DNA of 49,228 nucleotides from Trichoplax sp. H2 (Eukaryota): NCBI GenBank assembly GCA_003344405.1, contig NOWV01000026.1, positions 620,001 to 669,228 of the forward strand, read 5' to 3'. Shown piece by piece: positions 40,701 to 49,228 of this stretch (position 1 is its first letter; each line of letters starts with the position of its first letter). The notes under the pieces were generated by a model. It saw only the letters and a program-made list of their open reading frames with translations, ran no database searches and was not told where the DNA came from. The position numbers and the translations under genes were made by a program.

Positions 40701-41391
40701 GGCAACGTCATTAAGGAATCTCTAAGGTAATTATATATTAACAGAAAAATTATCTCAAGCAATATACATGTGTCGTGGCCAATCCGCTAAAGTTGGCCTA
40801 GGATCTGCTTAATGTGCTTTATTGCTTAGTGTAATAATATTGTACATTCTCTTGGTAACGTTCTATAGATTATACACTCCAGCGTCTGTAACGTCCAGAC
40901 AAGCTCTAAGTGATGATTATTTAGGAGTGTATTATATTCCTAAGGGTACACATGTAGTCATCAGATTCCCACACAGGCTAGTAGCTTATTTATAAATTAT
41001 TAATAATCAAATCAAATGTTGGTTAGCTATAAACTATATATGGACTAAGCCTAATTTAATTAATTTTCCACTTATTAACTTATATCTATAAATATTTAAA
41101 ATGAATAGACATCCTGATTATTTTGAGGATCCAGAAATGTTTAACCCCGATAGATGGGATACCACGGCCAAAAATGTTAATCCTTATGCTTATCTGCCAT
41201 TTTTGATTGGATCTAGAACATGTATAGGCTACAAGTTCGCCTTGATGGAAATGAAATTAATACTAGCAAATTTGCTAGCTAAATTTTCCTTTAATATTGT
41301 ACCGAATTTCAAATTTAAAAGAAGGCAATTTATCACAATGAAACCTGTACCAGATTTGAATCTAATGGTTTCACGAGTGGTTGATAGCTGA
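37760..41391 (+). CDS. Microsomal cytochrome P450, CYP4/CYP3-clan-like motifs (about 495 aa, 10 exons)
   Basis: Exons 37760-37873, 38428-38507, 38788-38928, 39162-39268, 39532-39763, 39950-40080, 40232-40353, 40557-40726, 40869-40976, 41109-41391. Anchor MVFQHIDIKACVLAVLIAAISWIIHIVVIK, IPGP, FMLAGHETT, ESLR, FNPDRW, PFLIGSRTCIG. The last intron requires a GC donor. Clan assignment is tentative. Confidence 0.93.
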
Positions 41392-44300
41392 TTGTTTTTA
41401 ATCTTAATTACCCTAACTGGAAATTGCTATAACATGTGAAATGTTGTTGTACTCTAGGATAACTGAAATAAAATTTCTTTTGTAAGTCAAACTATTGCAG
41501 TAAAACTGTAAATATCTTCATATTAGGTAATTTTAAATCATAGATAAATCTAAATCCAATGTACTTTGTATTAATCCTACGAAACTTAGAAAAAATACTG
41601 TTTATCTTTTGTAGTTGAAACTATAATAATGTTGTAGAATTTAAAGCTCATTGCAATAAATTGTTATTTTATCTACAACAGAAGAGAGCTAATGTGTGTA
41701 ACCCTCTTGATCTCTCAATGTTACCATGCAGCAAACTACAGTATATCGTGTTATAAAGTAAAACTGAAAACCACAGATTATATTCATTCTTTCGAATCAA
41801 ATAGTAGAATAATTCTAAATGTTTCAAATATCTTTTAATGAACTGTATCAAGTTTAACCTTTAGTAAATGAATTTATGCATGTTAATACCTTTTAGTAAT
41901 AGCCTAGCTCCATCTTCGGGTATTTCGTTTCTGGTCGAAGAAAATGAACGAAAAATAGTAGATTCGTTCATTCAAGCGGGATGCATAAAAATTTTATATG
42001 TACTTAATTATTTTTTAGTGTAATGGAAATTTTTCAGGGCGTTGGTAACACATTTACCGATAAAAGGGCATGAATTCTTGCAATTAAGTTACACTATATC
42101 GTATAGGTATTTTGATTAAGCAACGAGTATCTCGTATAGAGACATTGAATTAATTTGTTAAGCTTTTAGTTTAATATATCAAAGCCGGCCTATCTTAGTT
42201 TGGAATTTCACTTAAAATCCTTTGAATAACCTGCATATCAGTTTATTAAGGATCTCCGTAGTAGTTCTTTCGATATTTAAAAATCAAACAATTAATGCAA
42301 GAAACATTATGATATATTTCTTATTGTGATTCTTAAATTAGTTGTATGCCCATCGGATTAAAGTAAGCATACTGCTGCTGGATTTCTCGTATAAATTAGT
42401 TTCTCTCCAAGATAAGCTAAATTCATTAAGTTACTATATAATATGATATTGTCTTTTGCTTATATTCCTGGATTAAAGAATGCTTTTCAGCAAAACGAAA
42501 TAAAGCTACACAAACTTTATGTCACAATTATTCATGCAATAAATTTTCTGTTTTAAGAGGAATAAGTAATGCAATTATTTTATAAAATCAATATATTAAA
42601 GTATTGAGTCATAGCACCTATGTATAGATACAGTAGAACCACTTAAATTGCATCGTTTAATGGACTAGTGAGTATTCTTCATATCTGTAACTAACATCTC
42701 AAAATGGCCAAATGGCGGTGCGAAGACATCCCTTCAATATTCCTCCTACAAGTTTTGTTTAAATTCCTATGATTTAAACAGTAAAACAATCAACTACTAT
42801 AGTATAGCATCGCTGCTATGCTGACTTTTAAAGACTTTCTATTGTAATAGTATCTTTATAGATGATAGCAACAGGTTGCGTTTGTAATAGAATATTACAG
42901 AATAAAATTACTCTTTAAGACATTCTATTAAAATGGAATGTCTCAAAGAGTAATCCTAGGGGTTATTAGCAAATATATCACTCCTAAATAGTTTTTTATT
43001 GCTTAACTCAAATAACTCAATTCTGTTTATAGACATTAAGCTAGAGCGCAATGCAATCAATTGGTCGAACACTAGACACATCTAATATTTGTTATATTCA
43101 TGAGCTACCGATACAATTTCATTTACCGAGTTATTGTGAAGATCGGTCGTGCTTAAACTGTAAAATGGTATGATCTATCTGCAATGAACTACTTCAGTAG
43201 GAGATACACGATATTAGTCACCGTAAGTTTACGAAGCCGATAAAATGATAGATAAGACATTAGAAAATACAAAAATTATGTTCAACTGGAAAACAATAAA
43301 TGACTAATATTAGTAAAAATAGATCTCAGGACTTCATCTAAAATGGGCGGTGGCATTAGAATTGCAACATACTGTGCCAATACAAAAATATCTCCATGAA
43401 CGCTATTGTTCACGCTACTAATTGTTGTTGTTATAAATAAAAAGGAACTAAGGCGGCCGCATCATTGTTTTTATTTATGAAAATGGAAAAGTTTCACCGA
43501 ATTATAACAAAGTGAAAATATCAATCTAAGGATTCGAAGTGGCTAATTCCATAATCATAGTAAAAAATCTGATAAGCTGTAAATATAATTAAATGATATC
43601 TACTACTTAATCTCTTAATTATAGTTTACAGTTAAACCTTTCTCAATAGAAAGCACGACTTATAATCCTGTGGAGAAGTTGGAATCTAGAAAAGAAAAAA
43701 TTTACTGACCGGTTGTTGTCAGTGTCAAAACATAATAGATCGATGAAAAATTATTATCAAATATATAAATTTATGGTTAAAACGTCATGGCGTACGTCTG
43801 CCCGGCGATAATAATATACTTTTAATAGCATTTTGTGGGGTGATATGTGAGTAGTTAGTGCAATTTATTATAGTACCTTGTAAAGGTTAGCTTGCTGTGG
43901 ATAGTAAATTCATTGTTCATATTCGATGGGAGGAAAAAATATAATTTAAGGCGAACTTTACCTTTTATTACGCTTTTATACTAGAAATCCACAGTAACTA
44001 ACCTTAATTCAGTCAGGATATGATTAGAATCATAACTGCAAAGCCGGTATGTTTGGTATAGTATTTCTTCCTCATCACGACCGAGCCAGTAAGAAGTACT
44101 ACGTGATACTCACCTTACTGCACGAGACATGGGTCTTGTGACGGAATTTCTGCATTATTCATTTTCGATTTACTTGTACTGGTACTGTTCAAGGTAAAAT
44201 GCCACAATTCATTTTTCACCTGAAAATATTAGGCTATTTCCAGACTATCAGTTCTTTATATCCATTATCCGTGGCGCTGTCCAATAAAAATTTCTTTTAA

Positions 44301-45504
44301 GTTTTATAGGAGATACCTTACAGAATGTACAAGATGCATAGGACAAATAATGTAGTAGTTTATAGCTATTCACCGCGTTGATGATGAATTCTTTGATGAT
44401 TAATGCTTGAAAAATTATATATCTACGAAAGTAGGCATGGTCCAAGGTGACTTTGAAGTAAAGAAATTTAGATGGAATGCTTTAAAGAAACAAGACTACT
44501 ACGAAACTTTTATTAAAAACTTACTAACGCTAAAAATTTTTCATCAGGTAAGTAAAAGCCTATAACGGAGCGTTTTTGGCCATCAGGCATAAAAGGCACA
44601 GAAAGAATTTGTAAATTAAATTTTAATTCACTATTAATTTGTCATCTAATTAAAGGTCTAGTGAATTATAAGTAGATTTTGTTTTTCCTTTATTGCTGTT
44701 TTATTATAGCAAGCAGAGACGCGAGTAACTGTAACAAAAGAAGCAAGTTAACCTCAACCAAATGTACTATTTAGCAATATAAGTGTTTCAATTCATCACG
44801 ACACTTTTTTGCTGTGAGCAATTTAAGTTTTACTGAAAATGCCATTAAAAATTTCTTTCCATGTAAGTTTCAGTGCCTTAAAATTTCCCTAATACTTCTG
44901 ATTTCACTTGAAAAATTCGTTATCACCATAACTAGTTCAGAACAAAAAATTATGTATTTAATGCCTCGAATTCATGTGAATTTAATCTAAGTAAATGTTC
45001 CGGTAAAATTATCGCTTATTCGATTGTACTATTTACAACACTGCCTTTGTTTACCTTTTTAAAGTAAAAGTAATTAAAATTACCGGTAAATTAATTATAT
45101 TGTGGCGCCACTGCAACTATAAATTTGGATACTCTTTCACAGTAAATAGTAATAATTGTTTAGAAAACACAGACATATAACTTCCTCGGATTATAAGCTT
45201 TACGAGATTTATTAACAATGGCGCATCTATAATATCAATAGCTCTGTATGGTACAAATTAAAAAAATTATCTGAGAACGAAATTAATATCGTCTTAAACT
45301 GACAATGATTTCGAAGGAATTAATAATAAAATATAAGGTAACGCAATACTGAATATATATTATACGTTGTATATCTATATATTTTGTGTGATATTTCTGT
45401 ACGGCCAAGCGACATGATTGTTTGGCAATTATCATCTTTTATGCTCCCTACCGTGAAACTTATCCGATTCAATCCTGTATTGTTCTTCATTGTCCATCAT
45501 AGGC

Positions 45505-45511
45505 TATAAAA
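45505..45511 (+). promoter_or_regulatory. Candidate TATA box of the Arg-rich prepropeptide gene
   Basis: TATAAAA about 120 nt upstream of ATG 45628; weak evidence in AT-rich DNA. Confidence 0.35.
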
Positions 45512-45627
45512 CTAACATTAAATCGTCATATTCATTAATTTGGGCTCAGCTGTGAAAGTTTAATAGTTGCTATTTCATCAAGTTCGTTTTGACCTGATTA
45601 ACAGAACCACTACGTCAATTTATCAAC

Positions 45628-47476
45628 ATGAAGTACCAAGCTGTTTTCCTATTTGCCATGCTATTTGCATTTGTTAGCTGTGATTTTACACAAGATGCTG
45701 ACGAAAATTTGGACTTTGATAACGATATTCGTGAGAGATTCGATCAAATGAACGACAACGATGATGATTTTGACAACAGTCAAAAGTCCGTGGAAGCTTC
45801 GCTAGAGTAAGCATGTACTTTGCAATTTTATAGTTTTGTAAGATCATTATTTTACATTAGTTGTATATATGTTTAATTAGCAGTATCAATATTGATTTTT
45901 TGTTCCGTTTGAAAATCTTAGGGATGATTTCGAAAATGGCAATGATGAAGATGATAAGCACAATGTAATCAGAGTGAAATCGGTACGAGTATTAGTTCTT
46001 GTTTAGCTGATTATCACTAAAATGTCTGCGGGGTAGTTAACAATTTAGAATAAGCCTAGATCTAACTTTCTATTTCTTAAATGAAATATTTTATTTTTTA
46101 CTTTTAATTCTGATAATTTCGATTTCGGAAGGAGTGATTTACGGAAATTAACTCAGGTCTCAATGTATTTGTGAGATTTGATATATTAAAGTCAAATATA
46201 GATTAAAACTAATCTTGAAAGAAAAGTTTGTTCAGCTATTTTAATTTATTACATTATCAAATATTCTTGGCTAACAGCAGACCATAATCATGTCTTGATC
46301 AAGTAACTATTACAATAGACCATTTCTTAATTTATTGTTGGCAGTAAAGTACATTAAGATAGTAATTTCATTACATCAAACTAATATTCGTATAATTTTC
46401 AACTTTTCTTTACTAAATTAGATTATTATAGCATGGTACCGTCAATTTAAAATTGTTATCGGCTGTAGTATAGAAATAATTATAATAATTCTGGTATATA
46501 GTTACTGTTTACACAAACAAAAGAAAAAAATCACAGCCATATTTTCATGAATTGAAGATACTGTAGCTTATGCCATTTTAAATTACTAAAACATCGTAGT
46601 TATCGCACTTAAGTTAAAATAATACTCATTCGATAAGTTTGGTTATATTGGCATCTAATAAGATCATTGTTTCATTGTTTTTGTAATAACTTTATTAGCA
46701 TTATCGTCGCCGGTTTTTTGATGGTAAAAAATCAAATGCGGTAAGTTAGATTGGATTACTTTATTATGTATTATCGGTATATTTAAATGCAATACGAACT
46801 CCTGATTAATTATTTAACACGATTTTTAATTTATTTCTTAATGCAATCATTCTTTATAGTAGAGTTGTCATCGATTTTTCGGTAAATAAAAATCGAAAGC
46901 AGTAAATACTTGCTCTATGTATAAATTACTGCAATACGTTACTATTAATGATTGTTTAGTTTGTTTACACGCATATATTAAGATCATATTGCTTCTGTGC
47001 CGTTTAATGAGGTACTTTATGAATGAATAATTATAATCATTAATTTAGTTATTCCACCCTCATCACGCCTCTGGGAGCCAAAAAGCGAGACCGTTAAAAA
47101 TGTCACCTATTCCTACAACATAATCAAGAATAGAATAAAATAAAAGTTTAAATAAAATTTGATTACTTTCGATTTACTACTTAAAGCGATTTCATTCCAT
47201 TACATTTCTGCAATTTTGTTACGGATGTACTTATACTTATAGATAACCCAAAAATTTTAAGAAAACCTATTATATTCTCGAGCTATATTGTTATTATACA
47301 GCACTATAAGTAGCCATAGACATATTCAAACTGAATATAACACGTTAAGCTTTTGCTTCGATTGATTATTAAACGTAGCATTTTGTTCCGTTTTTTCATA
47401 TTGAATATCTCTTTAGTGGATTTTCCGTCGTCGTTTTTACCGTCGTCGTATTTTCGGCAGCCAAAAGCAGCACTGA
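45628..47476 (+). CDS. Secreted prepropeptide: signal peptide, acidic pro-region, Arg/aromatic-rich C-terminus (antimicrobial-peptide-like), about 113 aa
   Basis: Exons 45628-45806, 45922-45982, 46699-46740, 47417-47476, GT-AG and in frame: MKYQAVFLFAMLFAFVSCDFTQDADENLDFDNDIRERFDQMNDNDDDFDNSQKSVEASLEDDFENGNDEDDKHNVIRVKSHYRRRFFDGKKSNAWIFRRRFYRRRIFGSQKQH*. A gtaagt donor at 47480 follows just after the stop. Confidence 0.82.
46860..46901 (+). pseudogene. Dead duplicate (pseudo-exon) of the 42-nt RRRFF exon
   Basis: Exactly 42 nt between ctttatag and gtaaat. Reads *SCHRFFGK*KSKA against intact HYRRRFFDGKKSNA, with two in-frame stops. Confidence 0.7.
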
Positions 47477-49228
47477 AACGTAAGTTACATAAATTTAAAG
47501 CTTCAAGATAATTTAATATCACATGTATTAATGGAACTTTAATGTACTTAGTAGTAATTTGTCAGAGTATAAATCAGTTTGATAAGATCTGGGGTCTATA
47601 CATAAGGTACAGTAGATATAATGTGTGAGGTTTATCAAGGAATTTTACTTGCATCCAAGATCATCTAGTTTCTCATAACCATTATGAGTTGTAGCTAATG
47701 TTCAGAGTTAATACAATACAACATAAAATGTCCATAAATATACTTGTATCATCTAGAAACTATTACTTGATCTGTTTAGTATATTAAACAACCTTTCCGT
47801 AAATTGTTCCAAATCCTAATAAATTAAATCTAATCTATATTGTATCGGCCGCAACGTACTAAATACAATCATGATTAATAAGTGCTAATGCTTAGTCTAA
47901 TGCTAATTTCGGACTCCGATCTCTGCCCTGCATAAATTCTTAGAGTAGCTAAATATTTTAATGTTAACGTTGCCTGATTAATTATTTTTGCATTTAGAGG
48001 CCAAATCCCAGTCATCAGGTGCTTGAATATGGAACAAGGAAATTCATTATCGAATCTTTACGATCAAAAATGTTTCCCCAAATCATATATACAGTGTCAT
48101 AGTAGTTGATTATTGTTATACTTTGTTATTATAGGACATGAAATAATGGACTTACGAGCATTTTGTCCTACTTAGTTGACTATTGATGAGTAGTATAGTT
48201 GTTGTGCTCATATATTAAATTCTGCTTTGAAGTTTTAGTCCAACATTTTAATCCATTATAAATTGAATGTATCAATGATCTACCCATTCTCTTTAGTTTC
48301 GATTCCATGTTTTGGATAAAAATTACTGCTTGGATGTTTTGTAAAATGCTGTACTGCTATATGTCTTAATAAATATCAACCCGCTATTTTTTTTATCTCA
48401 ATTTTGGTACTCTTCCTTGATCTTCATTACTGTGAGACTGTTTGAAAATATACCAGTACCAGTCTACTGTCATACAAAAGCATTGCAAACCTGTGGAACT
48501 AGGAATTACCGATTGAATTAAACGTTTAACTGCAGTACTATACTATGCTGTGTAGCACTGTGCAATCAAATTATACGCCACTTGTGTTGACAGCTCGGAA
48601 ATACAGTCGTGTTGTAGCCTTATTGGCTAATCTTCCCTTAATATATTATAGCTAACCTTAGCGTCATCCCTAATATGTACATTAGTACCTATTGCATGTT
48701 TTAAGACCTTATATAAAATGGTACCAATAATTATTTCTTTATAATTACTGTATTCCTTAATTTTAACTGTACTTAGTGTGATGGAGGGTTCGATATCTCG
48801 AGGATTGAGATTTAGTCGCCATTTACAATTATTACACCAAAGGGTTTATAAAAGTTATGCTTTATTGTAGGTTAGTAATGTGAAGTACAGTGAGGTAGTT
48901 ACGGTAGATCAGCGTGCAAGCTGTCGTGAGTAACGAGTAGAAGTATTAGACTGTGAGAGACTAACTAGAAGACTAACTGAGAGGCTAATGAACTCTGAGG
49001 TAGAAATCGCCGGTATTTATAGTTTTAAAGATAGAGCACATGCAGAGAATAGGATTGTGGAATTAGATACAACATATACCATAACAGGTTACAAAATAGC
49101 AGATGATTGTAGAAAACAGCGAGTACCGTAATAACTAAATACAGTAGTCTATATATGAATGTAGAGTAAGCGGACTGTAGATCTGTCTAAATATAAGAGC
49201 AATACAACATGTCTATATTTAAGAGTAG

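Noticed and set aside
44040..44553. Coding-looking stretch ending in cag|gtaagt
   Set aside because: Stops in all frames examined and no recognisable family; cannot support a pseudogene call without a search.
46422..46493. Extra exon for the Arg-rich precursor
   Set aside because: A good acceptor exists but donors are weak and there is no similarity to the RRR module; left out of the model.
48891..49005. let-7-like TGAGGTAG words
   Set aside because: Only the first 8-9 nt match and no precursor hairpin is evident.

Overview
AT-rich eukaryotic (animal) genomic DNA with spliceosomal GT-AG introns, so the supplied ORF track misses most real genes. The short-intron genes, base composition and TACAG-repeat promoter suggest an early-branching metazoan such as a placozoan (Trichoplax-like); this is inference and unverified. 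Manual exon assembly gives six genes: (1) a minus-strand RGS (regulator of G-protein signalling) domain gene, about 1188-8403; (2) a 115-aa orphan secreted protein with an uninterrupted CDS (21120-21467); (3) a 124-aa neuropeptide-like prepropeptide built from phase-2 micro-exons of 12-24 nt (27981-30061; candidate peptides SGFPW and DQNPTEGPEFLW); (4,5) a head-to-head pair of cytochrome P450 genes (32555-36068 minus, 37760-41391 plus) around a TACAG/CTGTA-repeat bidirectional promoter; and (6) a prepropeptide with signal peptide, acidic pro-region and Arg/aromatic-rich C-terminus (45628-47476) whose peptide modules lie in tandemly duplicated micro-exons, some of them dead. The most interesting signal is exon-modular secreted-peptide precursors clustered next to an RGS gene. 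All gene models were derived by eye and lack transcript support.
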